Assembly (NCBI GenBank): GCA_964623635.1
Contig: CAZUUA010000002.1
Span: forward strand, 17,585-81,584
DNA length: 64,000 nt
Reading direction: 5' to 3'
From: an uncultured Ruminococcus sp.
GTDB lineage: Bacteria > Bacillota > Clostridia > Oscillospirales > CAG-272
The position numbers were made by a program, and so were the translations under genes. Positions 17,048 to 25,459 of the stretch are shown here, piece after piece; positions within the stretch are counted from its first letter, which is position 1, and the number at the start of each line of letters is the position of its first letter. A model generated the notes under the pieces. That model did no database searches. It was given only the letters and a program-made list of their open reading frames with translations, and was not told the origin of the DNA.

Positions 17048-18154
17048 ATGAAGCTCCATACAAAAGGACTGCGCTTCTCCGGCATCAGTGGGATCCTGTG
17101 CGTCCTGTTTGCCCTGCTGTTCCTGCTGGGTGAAGGGATCGCCGCTATCCTGACCGGGGACATCGACGCCCTGGACGCCGGAAAACGTTGGTCGGCAGCC
17201 GGGGAACCCTATGCCACCCTGACCCTGCACACCGATACGGAAAGCGCATTGTCTCGCAACCAGATCGAAAGCTATGCCCATTCCATCGATACGGCGCTGC
17301 TGAACGAGTCCATCGATTCTCCCGAAAACGGCAACGCCTGGGCCTACTGCTACTTCACCGAGGATGTGATCTCCGTCACCGGTCCCAAAGCCACCGCCTC
17401 TCTCACGACCATGGCAACCGGCGGCAGCTTCTACACCTTCCATCCCCTGGAATTCCGCTACGGCGCACCCTACGTGTTCGATAAATCCTTGCCCGATGGG
17501 GTGGTGCTGGACGAGAACGCAGCTTGGCGTATCTTTGGCGCCGTGGACGTGGTGGGTATGACCGTGGAGATCGGCGGCAGAGAAATGACCGTCACCGGCA
17601 TCGTGAAAAAGGAACGGGACAGCGCCGGCTACGAAAAGGCATACGGCGAAATCCCACGGGTGTACATGAGCTACTACGGCTACGAAAACATTTATGGGGA
17701 AGAGAATAACATCACCACCTTTGAGGTGACCCTGCCCAATCCGGTGAAAGCCTTTGCGAAAAACATCTTTGAGACCGCCGTGTCCGTGAACGAAGACCAT
17801 ATGATGCTCCGGGAAAATTCCAACCGGTATTCCATCGTCAACCGCTTCAACCGCATGAAGGAACTGCCCTACATGGGTATGCGCAGCGACCGCATCGTCT
17901 ATCCCTATTTCGAGAACGAACTACAGGTCATCGACTATACCACGTCCGTATGGATGATCGCACAAACCATCGCCGGTGCCTGTGCCGTTTTGACCCTGCT
18001 TGCCGCCATCATTGCCCTGTTCGCCAGCGGCTTCTCCTTCTCCGGGGTAGCAAAGCTGTGGTGGAAAAAGGCTGAGGCAGCTTGGGAAAAACGACACGCC
18101 GAAAAACGCCGGAAAAAGCGTGCCAAAAGAAAAAAGAATACGGCAGAATCGTAG
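17048..18154 (+). CDS. MacB/FtsX periplasmic-core-domain protein with only 2 TM helices and a polybasic tail (no FtsX domain)
   Basis: 368 aa. TM1 ISGILCVLFALLFLLG. The extracytoplasmic domain contains VVLDENAAWRIFGAVDVVGMTVEIGGREMTVTGIVKKE (MacB_PCD-like). One further TM (VWMIAQTIAGACAVLTLLAAIIALFASGF), then KLWWKKAEAAWEKRHAEKRRKKRAKRKKN. Confidence 0.6.
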   Translation: MKLHTKGLRFSGISGILCVLFALLFLLGEGIAAILTGDIDALDAGKRWSAAGEPYATLTLHTDTESALSRNQIESYAHSIDTALLNESIDSPENGNAWAYCYFTEDVISVTGPKATASLTTMATGGSFYTFHPLEFRYGAPYVFDKSLPDGVVLDENAAWRIFGAVDVVGMTVEIGGREMTVTGIVKKERDSAGYEKAYGEIPRVYMSYYGYENIYGEENNITTFEVTLPNPVKAFAKNIFETAVSVNEDHMMLRENSNRYSIVNRFNRMKELPYMGMRSDRIVYPYFENELQVIDYTTSVWMIAQTIAGACAVLTLLAAIIALFASGFSFSGVAKLWWKKAEAAWEKRHAEKRRKKRAKRKKNTAES

Positions 18155-18213
18155 GCAAAAACCACCATATTCGCATAATGAGAATATCTACATCAAAAAC
18201 GGGAGGAAACCAC

Positions 18214-20739
18214 ATGAAGAAAAAACGGATCATGACCCTGCTGCTCACGGCGGCGATGCTGCTGTCCGCAGGTGCTGCAACAAGCTGCGGCAAAAAGAAC
18301 ACAGGCCCGGTGAAGTCCAAACGTACCAACGTGTACAGCAGCACACCCCTGGAGCTACCGGAGGACATCACGTACATCCGAAATATGACCTGTACAAATG
18401 ATACGATCTACATAATGTACACCAAGCAGGTCGAAGTCAAGCACTACAACGATGGCACCGAGGAAGAAGCGAATGCCGGGCAAGAGCCGGGTTTGGCACC
18501 AGCGATAGCCGAAGCGGCAGGGGTAGAGGTACCAGAAACGGAAGTCGAAGTGGTCGAGGAAATCATGGAAGTCACGGAAAACGATATGGATATTGCCATA
18601 GAAGAATCCGTGTATGAAGAAACCGAGGACTACTACATCGAATACGTTTCGCAGACATGGCTGTACAGCACGGATCTGACTGGGGAGAACAAAACGCTCA
18701 TTCAGTTCCAGAAGCCGTTCGAGGGCGACAGAGGCTATATGCGCCAGATCCTCAGCGGAGATGGACAGCTCTATGCCATGTACGATACCTGGGGTGAGAC
18801 GGATGGCTATTGGCTGTATCGGATCGATCCGGTGGATGGCAGCGTAACGAAGCAGTACGACCTGTCCACCGCAAAGGAAGCACTGGGTCTGACGGAAGAC
18901 GACTATTTCTACGTCAACAGTCTGGCATTGTCCGGCAACACCGCATACATCAACTATGACGCCAAGATCGTCCCCTATGACCTGCAAAGCGAGACCTTCG
19001 GCAAAGCCATCGATCTGTCGGATAAAATCAGTTGGACCAGTGCCCTGTACGCCATGGACGACAGCCTCTACTATGCAGGCTATATCGATGGTAAGGGTCA
19101 GACCTTCTTTTCCGTTGATCTGGCAACGGGAGAATCCACCGAAGTGGAGATCGAAGGGATCACCTATTACTCTCCCATCGGCGACCACGACGGCAAGATA
19201 TACTTTACGAAAAACGATGGTATCCTTGCCTACGATACCGTAACCGGCACCAGCAGCGAAGTCATCAACTACATCAACTGCGACATCAACCCCACCGAAG
19301 TCAATACCGTAGTTCTGACGGACGATGGCAGAATGGCATATTATTCCAGCTCCTGGGACAACAAAACGGAGAAAAACACCAATACCCTACAGGTGCTCGA
19401 TCGGATCCCCGATGAACAAATGCAGGAGGAAGTGCTGCTGACCATCGCCAGTGCCTACTACAACTACGAACTGCAGAATGTGGTGATCGGCTTTAATCGG
19501 CAGAACACCGGTGTGCGCCTGAATATCAAGGATTACAACGAATACAGCACCGCCGAAAACAATTATGAAGGTGCCATCACCCAGCTCAATGCAGACATCA
19601 CCATGGGCAACGTGCCCGATCTTCTGGTACTGGACAGCGAGCTGCCGGTGGAGAGCTACTTCAGCAAGGGTGTGTTTGTGGATCTGTATCCCTACATGGA
19701 CAGCGAGGAAAACGGCATCGATCGTTCCCAGTATCTGGAAAACGTCTTCAAGGCCTGTGAACAGAACGGCAAGCTGTATTCCCTGATCACTTCTTTCAAC
19801 CTTGCCACGCTGTCTGCCAAGCCCGAATACGTGGGTGACACGTCCGGCTGGACCATGACGCAGATGTTGGATGCCATCGAAGCCATGCCGGATGGTATGC
19901 GTGCCTTCAGCGATTTCGGACGAGACGACCTGCTGGATCGGCTGTTCTTCTATTGCGGCGACATCTTCATCGACTGGGAGACCGGCACCACCAATTTTGA
20001 ATCCGAGGATTTTATTCGCCTGATCGAATTTTTGAAGACCTGCCCGGAAAAATCCGTCATGGATGCCTACTATGACACCATAGATTACGACAACTACGAT
20101 TACAAGGAAGAGGAAGCATTCTACAACAACTACGAAATGCGGTACTATAAGGATACGGCACTGTTTGGATGCAGCAATATCTATCGCCTGAATGGGTACA
20201 CCGATATCCATAACACCTTCGCAGGAGATGCGACCATGATCGGCTATCCCACAAACGATGGCGGCAACGGTGCGGTGATCCTGCCCAACCTGGAGATCGG
20301 CATTTGTGCTTCCTCCGTGAACAGGGACAGCGCATGGGTCTTCCTGAAGTATCTGCTGACGAGCGAGGACTATTTTGAATCCACATACTCCTTCACCGTT
20401 GCCAAGAAGTGGCTGGACAAGAGCCTGGCAGAATCCGAGGAATACTACCAGGATTGGTACGGCGGCTACACGGAAGAAGACTTAAACTATATGCGTGAGC
20501 AGTTCAGCGAAGAATACGTAGAGTATATGCAGAAAGCCAATGAGAAGTATACCATAGAGCAAGGACAGAAGACCTACGATCTGGTCACCGGTGCTACTAA
20601 GGTCGTTCGGACAAACAGCGATCTCATGACCATCATCAAGGAAGAGCTCAGCTCCTTCTTTGGCGGTGGCAAATCGGCCGAGGAAGCTGCCCGGATCATC
20701 AACAGCCGTGCCAGAGTGTACGTAGCAGAGAATAGCTGA
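18214..20739 (+). CDS. Lipoprotein: N-terminal repeated-blade (beta-propeller-like) domain fused to a family-1 extracellular solute-binding domain
   Basis: Track ORF 18082..20739. ATG 18214 has GGGAGGAAA upstream. Signal peptide + lipobox LLSAGAATSC. Recurrent (L/I)Y(Y/F/A)... D..tG blades, then an SBP-like C-terminal half (VLLTIASAYYNY ... VPDLLVLDS ... KLYSLITSFN). Confidence 0.7.
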   Translation: MKKKRIMTLLLTAAMLLSAGAATSCGKKNTGPVKSKRTNVYSSTPLELPEDITYIRNMTCTNDTIYIMYTKQVEVKHYNDGTEEEANAGQEPGLAPAIAEAAGVEVPETEVEVVEEIMEVTENDMDIAIEESVYEETEDYYIEYVSQTWLYSTDLTGENKTLIQFQKPFEGDRGYMRQILSGDGQLYAMYDTWGETDGYWLYRIDPVDGSVTKQYDLSTAKEALGLTEDDYFYVNSLALSGNTAYINYDAKIVPYDLQSETFGKAIDLSDKISWTSALYAMDDSLYYAGYIDGKGQTFFSVDLATGESTEVEIEGITYYSPIGDHDGKIYFTKNDGILAYDTVTGTSSEVINYINCDINPTEVNTVVLTDDGRMAYYSSSWDNKTEKNTNTLQVLDRIPDEQMQEEVLLTIASAYYNYELQNVVIGFNRQNTGVRLNIKDYNEYSTAENNYEGAITQLNADITMGNVPDLLVLDSELPVESYFSKGVFVDLYPYMDSEENGIDRSQYLENVFKACEQNGKLYSLITSFNLATLSAKPEYVGDTSGWTMTQMLDAIEAMPDGMRAFSDFGRDDLLDRLFFYCGDIFIDWETGTTNFESEDFIRLIEFLKTCPEKSVMDAYYDTIDYDNYDYKEEEAFYNNYEMRYYKDTALFGCSNIYRLNGYTDIHNTFAGDATMIGYPTNDGGNGAVILPNLEIGICASSVNRDSAWVFLKYLLTSEDYFESTYSFTVAKKWLDKSLAESEEYYQDWYGGYTEEDLNYMREQFSEEYVEYMQKANEKYTIEQGQKTYDLVTGATKVVRTNSDLMTIIKEELSSFFGGGKSAEEAARIINSRARVYVAENS

Positions 20740-20819
20740 TCATTGAAACCCAAGTAAGATCCTGACCAGCCATACTTATGAGCGACCCATATTTTACAGA
20801 AAGCGGAGGGATACTACAA

Positions 20820-23264
20820 ATGAAGAAACGACAGATCCTATCTATGCTTTTGGCATCGACCATGCTGCTTGCCACCGGCTGTGACGAAGAGGCGATCACA
20901 ACGGCAGTGTTGGAGAACCTGGAATCGGCATTGGTGAGTGGTCCTGGCACAGACGGTGAAGAAACAGACCAGTCGGCGAACGATGGCTCTACAGATGTGG
21001 CAAAGGCCGACCCGGTTACAACCGATCCGGTTACAACCGATCCGGTTACAACCGAGCCGGTGAAGTCCAAGCGTACCAATGTATACCAAAGCATACCCAT
21101 TGCGCTGCCGGACGAGATCGGCGAAGGCACCGGCTATGTCCAGGATATGGTCAGCATTGGCGATAGGATCTATATGGAGTACGTGCAGCAGAACGATGAT
21201 GCATCGGAAACATGGCTGTACAGCACCGACGTGACCGGGGAGAACCAAACCTTCGTGCCGTTCCAAGATCCGTTGGAGGGCAGCGGTTACATGACCAAGC
21301 TGTACACCACAGATGAGAAGCTCTATGCCCTGTACGAGACCTGGTATGACAACAATGTCTACTGGCTCATGGAACTGGATCCCACAGACGGCAGCGTGAC
21401 AAAGCAGTACGATCTGAACGTGGCAAAGGACGCACTGGGTCTGACCGATGAAGACAGCTTCTATGTCGTCGATGTGGCACTGTCCGGACACACGGTCTAC
21501 CTCAACAGATACACCGAGCTGATCCCCTATGACCTGCAAACGGAGACCTGTGGGGATGTCATCGAGTTGCCGGAGAACATTATGGGGTTTGCCAGCACCT
21601 ATGGCACAGACGAGGGCATATACTTCACGGCCTATAACGAACAATATGAACAGAACTTCTATATTCTCGATCCGGCAACCGGAACAGCCACGCCGACCTG
21701 GATCGGTGACCCCGGTTATTTCGCTCCCATCGGGATGTGTGACGGGCTACTCTACTTCAACACCTACGATGCCGTTTTGACCTACGATTTCGAACATGGT
21801 CATGTGGGCGAGGTCCTGGATTTCCGCAACTGCGACATTCATCCGAACGAGGTCACGTATATGGTGATCACCGCTGACGGCACATTGGTATATTTTACCA
21901 GTTTGGACGATGGCAGAATATCCAGGATCGGCGGTAAGCTACAGACACTGGAACGCATCCCCGATGATCAATTGCCGGAGGAAGTGCTGTTGACCATCGC
22001 CACGACCTACTACGATTATAGCTTAGAGGATGCTGTGCTGCGCTACAACCGGCAGACTGACGGCGTACACATTGCCATCCAGGATTACAGCTATATGGCA
22101 GACGGCGAGCACGATGCTGCGTATTGGATCTGCAAAAACATCATCGATGGCGAAGCACCGGATCTGGTGCTGCTGGATCGGTATACGCCCGTGGAGAGAT
22201 ACTACAAAAATGGTCTGCTGGTGGATCTGTATCCGTACATGGACGGTGCAGAAAACGGCATCGATCGTTCTCAATATTTCGAAAACATCTTCAAGGCCTG
22301 TGAACGGGACGGCAAGCTGTACGCACTGATCACCAACTACAGCTTGGAGACCATGGCAGCCAAGTCCGCTTATGTGGGTTCTGATGCCGGTTGGTCTTTG
22401 TCGGAAATGTTAGACACCATCGAAGCCATGCCGGATGGTATGCGTGCCTTCAGTGGTTACGGACGAGACGATCTTTTGGCGCAGCTCATGCAGTATTGCG
22501 GCGAGCTCTTTATCGATTGGGAACGCAGTACCACCAACTTTGCCTCCGAGGACTTCCTGCGGCTGCTCACATTCCTGAAGACCTATCCGGAAAAGTCCGT
22601 CCTGAATGCCTACTATGAGGACGCCGCCCCGGATACCGGAACAAACTTCATGCGTGAATACGATATGCGGTTCTACAAGGATACGGCACTGCTGGAAACC
22701 GCATACATCTATGAAGTGCGTGGATATTGGGATCTCTTTAGAACCTTTGCGGAGAACCCCACCGTGATCGGCTATCCGACAAACGAAAGCAGTGGTACGA
22801 TCGTCCGTCCGACATTGGAGCTGGGTATCGGTGCTACCTCCGTGAACAAGGACAGCGCATGGGATTTCCTGCGGTATCTGCTGACATCGGAGGACGATCT
22901 GGAGATATACGAGAGCTTTCTTCCCATCTCCAAAGCACGGTTCGAAAAGCTGGTGGACGGCTCTGAAGCGTACTATGCTGGTTGGTACACCTATTCGGAA
23001 GACGAGTATGACTATATGCGCCAAGAGTACGGCGAGGAATACGTCACCTACCACCGTCAGGCCAATCAGCCCTATACCAAAGAGATGGGGCAAAAGGTCT
23101 ACGATCTGGCTGCCGGTGCCACCAAGGTCACACGGATGACCGACGGTATCATTGCCATCATCCAGGAAGAGGCAAGTGCCTACTTCTCCGACAGTCAAAC
23201 GGTCGAAGAAGCTGTAAAGTGCATAGACGACCGTGTATGCGCTTACATGGATGATCACAAATAA
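20820..23264 (+). CDS. Paralogous lipoprotein: linker with DPVTT repeats + repeated-blade domain + solute-binding domain
   Basis: Track ORF 20778..23264. ATG 20820 has GGAGGGA upstream. Lipobox MLLATGC. Collinear with the preceding gene throughout (for example PVKSKRTNVYQSIPIALPDEI versus PVKSKRTNVYSSTPLELPEDI; DLYPYMDGAENGIDRSQYFENIFKACE versus DLYPYMDSEENGIDRSQYLENVFKACE). Confidence 0.7.
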   Translation: MKKRQILSMLLASTMLLATGCDEEAITTAVLENLESALVSGPGTDGEETDQSANDGSTDVAKADPVTTDPVTTDPVTTEPVKSKRTNVYQSIPIALPDEIGEGTGYVQDMVSIGDRIYMEYVQQNDDASETWLYSTDVTGENQTFVPFQDPLEGSGYMTKLYTTDEKLYALYETWYDNNVYWLMELDPTDGSVTKQYDLNVAKDALGLTDEDSFYVVDVALSGHTVYLNRYTELIPYDLQTETCGDVIELPENIMGFASTYGTDEGIYFTAYNEQYEQNFYILDPATGTATPTWIGDPGYFAPIGMCDGLLYFNTYDAVLTYDFEHGHVGEVLDFRNCDIHPNEVTYMVITADGTLVYFTSLDDGRISRIGGKLQTLERIPDDQLPEEVLLTIATTYYDYSLEDAVLRYNRQTDGVHIAIQDYSYMADGEHDAAYWICKNIIDGEAPDLVLLDRYTPVERYYKNGLLVDLYPYMDGAENGIDRSQYFENIFKACERDGKLYALITNYSLETMAAKSAYVGSDAGWSLSEMLDTIEAMPDGMRAFSGYGRDDLLAQLMQYCGELFIDWERSTTNFASEDFLRLLTFLKTYPEKSVLNAYYEDAAPDTGTNFMREYDMRFYKDTALLETAYIYEVRGYWDLFRTFAENPTVIGYPTNESSGTIVRPTLELGIGATSVNKDSAWDFLRYLLTSEDDLEIYESFLPISKARFEKLVDGSEAYYAGWYTYSEDEYDYMRQEYGEEYVTYHRQANQPYTKEMGQKVYDLAAGATKVTRMTDGIIAIIQEEASAYFSDSQTVEEAVKCIDDRVCAYMDDHK
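21009..21068 (+). repeat. In-frame 15-bp tandem repeat (3 good units plus 1 degenerate) encoding DPVTT-DPVTT-DPVTT-EPV
   Basis: GACCCGGTTACAACC GATCCGGTTACAACC GATCCGGTTACAACC GAGCCGGTGAAGTCC, inside the second lipoprotein gene. Confidence 0.9.
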
Positions 23265-23351
23265 TACAAGCAAAAAATGAGTCGAGAACGACAGTATCGC
23301 TTTCGGCTCATTTGCTGATTAAAAAAACTACAAACAAGAGAGGTTGACCCT

Positions 23352-23951
23352 ATGAAAAAAGCACTCCTCAACGGCATTGCCGCCGGTTTCATGATCGGGA
23401 TCGGTGCCGCCGTATTCCTGTCCTGCGAGAACAAGATCGTAGGTGCGGTACTATTTGCCGTAGCCCTGACGGTGATCTGTCAACTGGACATGATGCTGTT
23501 CACCGGCAAGATCGGCTACATCGTGAACGCCCACACCAAAAACGACATCCTTGCTACCGTGTTCTGTCTCCTTGGCAACGCCATTGGTACGCTTATCTCC
23601 GGCTTGGCCATCGGCTATTGTCGTCCCGCACTGCCGGAGGTAGCCGTGACCATGACCAACAATAAGCTGTCCCAACCGCTGCCCATGGTGCTGGTGTCTG
23701 CCATTTTCTGCGGCATTCTTATGTACAGCGCCGTGGCCATCTTCAAAGAGAAGGGTTCCATGGCCGGTATCATCTACTGCGTACCGGTGTTCATTCTGTC
23801 CGGCTTCGAGCACTCCATTGCCGATATGGCGTATTTCTGGGTGGCAACGAACGGCGGACTGCAGGCGGTGTTGTTCATCCTGGTGGTGATCCTTGGCAAC
23901 TCCATCGGTGGCTGTCTGATCCCGGCATTGAAAAAGTTAGCAGGGAACTGA
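23352..23951 (+). CDS. Formate/nitrite transporter (FNT) family protein, compact form
   Basis: 199 aa, about 6 TM. LFTGK (the L-F-T-G loop) and SGFEHSIADMAYF (FNT signature F-E-H-S-I-A-N-M). RBS AGAGAGGT. Confidence 0.75.
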   Translation: MKKALLNGIAAGFMIGIGAAVFLSCENKIVGAVLFAVALTVICQLDMMLFTGKIGYIVNAHTKNDILATVFCLLGNAIGTLISGLAIGYCRPALPEVAVTMTNNKLSQPLPMVLVSAIFCGILMYSAVAIFKEKGSMAGIIYCVPVFILSGFEHSIADMAYFWVATNGGLQAVLFILVVILGNSIGGCLIPALKKLAGN

Positions 23952-23964
23952 TCCCATGAAACAG

Positions 23965-23996
23965 AAAAAACGGTAGGTCAATAGCCTACCGTTTTT
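23965..23996. terminator. Bidirectional rho-independent terminator
   Basis: AAAAAA CGGTAGG tcaatag CCTACCG TTTTT, between convergent genes. Confidence 0.7.
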
Positions 23997-24015
23997 AATA
24001 TGCAATTGTTTGCGA

Positions 24016-24249
24016 TCACTGGAACAACAGACAGCCTTGCTTGCGGAAATGGTCGATCCGTTCCCGCATGGCATCCTCGGTGGTGCTGTAATATGCCGCC
24101 AGACAGGTGATGCAAAGGTACTGCGTGGCGCCCCGGTTGATCATTTTTTTGTGCAGCCCGATCTCGTCGTGGGTCAACTCTCTGCCGCATTCCATACAGT
24201 GTTCGCCGTCGCCGGGCTCCATGGAACGGGCAAGAACATTCTCGAACAT
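24016..24249 (-). CDS. Small CxxC...CxxC zinc-ribbon protein of unknown function
   Basis: 77 aa. CMEC and CITC pairs. Sits 6 nt downstream of the GH27 gene on the same strand. Confidence 0.5.
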   Translation of the reverse strand: MFENVLARSMEPGDGEHCMECGRELTHDEIGLHKKMINRGATQYLCITCLAAYYSTTEDAMRERIDHFRKQGCLLFQ

Positions 24250-24255
24250 ACAGGC

Positions 24256-25389
24256 TTATCTCTTTTCCAGTCTGCCTCTGAAGATCTTGCAGTCGTGAGA
24301 GGGAACATATACGTTCATGTACTCAGCCTTCAGACCCAGGTCTTCGCCGGTGAAGATGTCACGCAGGTGCAGACCGTAGCCGGAGGTAGCGGTCAGACCG
24401 AAGTCATAGAATTCGCAGGTACCACCCCACTGACCGTCGGAATCGTGGTCGGAGAAGTTGAAGATGGCCAGGATGTATTCGCCGTTTGCGCAGTGCTTGA
24501 AGAAGATGGGACGTTCTCTGTCGCTGTTGACGATCATGGGCGGACGAGCTTCGGGATCCTGGTCGATGGCGATCAGTTCCTTATTCTTCATCAGCGCCAG
24601 GTTCACGTCGTCGATCTTGGTCAGGTCGGAACCGATCATCAGCGGAGACTGGAACAGGCACCACAGAGCGAAGTGTACCTTGTATTCGGTATCGGTGCAG
24701 CCGCCGTTGGCTACGTTGCCCTTGCCGTGCATACCGCAGATCAGCATATCGATATCGTTGTAGCAGCCGGGAGCAGAGTAGCCCAGCTTGTCTACCTGGC
24801 TCATAGCGATTTCCTTGAAGGAACGGAAGCTGTCGTTTACGTCGCCGGTGGAGCGATATATATGAGCACCGGTGGAACGGATCCACTTTTCCACTTCGTC
24901 AGAACCCCAGTTGCAGGCGGAGAACAGGATCTCACGGCCGCTTTCCTTCAGAGCCATACCCATACGGTTGTACAGGATGGGACCGTTGGCCAGCTTGGGC
25001 TTGTAGCAGAAGTCGTACTTCAGGTAGTCCACGCCCCAGTCGGCGAAGGTCTTGGCATCGATGAATTCGTAGTCAAAGCTGCCGGGATAACCAGCACAGG
25101 TACGGGTACCGGCGCAGGAATACATACCGAACTTCAGACCCTTGGAATGCACATAGTCAGCCAGTGCCTTCATGCCGGAAGGGAACTTGACAGGGTCAGC
25201 CACGATCTTACCATCGGCATCTCTTTCCCGGAGAGACCAGCAGTCGTCGATGACCACATATTCGTAACCGGCGTCCTTCAGACCCAGCGCCACGATAGCG
25301 TCAGCGGTGTCCCGAACCACCTGTTCGTTGATGTCGGCACCAAAGGTGTTCCAAGAGTTCCAACCCATCGGAGGAAGTGTAGATAACAT
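24256..25389 (-). CDS. Alpha-galactosidase, GH27
   Basis: 377 aa. PPMGWNSWNTF, YEYVVIDDCW, GLKFGMY, VDYLKYDFC. RBS AAAGGAGA. Confidence 0.9.
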   Translation of the reverse strand: MLSTLPPMGWNSWNTFGADINEQVVRDTADAIVALGLKDAGYEYVVIDDCWSLRERDADGKIVADPVKFPSGMKALADYVHSKGLKFGMYSCAGTRTCAGYPGSFDYEFIDAKTFADWGVDYLKYDFCYKPKLANGPILYNRMGMALKESGREILFSACNWGSDEVEKWIRSTGAHIYRSTGDVNDSFRSFKEIAMSQVDKLGYSAPGCYNDIDMLICGMHGKGNVANGGCTDTEYKVHFALWCLFQSPLMIGSDLTKIDDVNLALMKNKELIAIDQDPEARPPMIVNSDRERPIFFKHCANGEYILAIFNFSDHDSDGQWGGTCEFYDFGLTATSGYGLHLRDIFTGEDLGLKAEYMNVYVPSHDCKIFRGRLEKR

Positions 25390-25459
25390 AATTGTATCTC
25401 CTTTATATAAGTATTAGAATTTGCAAAAATGCAATTGACAACCAGTTTGGCTTGCTTCG

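Noticed and set aside
16130-17800. 556-aa minus-strand ORF
   Set aside because: It is antisense to the MFP and MacB-PCD genes and spans their intergenic gap. It is G/D/F/H-rich nonsense sequence with no RBS.
21009-21068. Possible CRISPR-like or other non-coding tandem repeat (also the 21-bp repeats at 12669-12708)
   Set aside because: The 15-bp units are in frame inside a gene and have no spacers. The 21-bp repeats occur only twice and are contiguous. No cas genes are present. Neither is a CRISPR array.
24010-25386. 458-aa plus-strand ORF
   Set aside because: It is antisense to the GH27 gene and the zinc-ribbon gene. The minus-strand products carry clear family motifs, and this one carries none.
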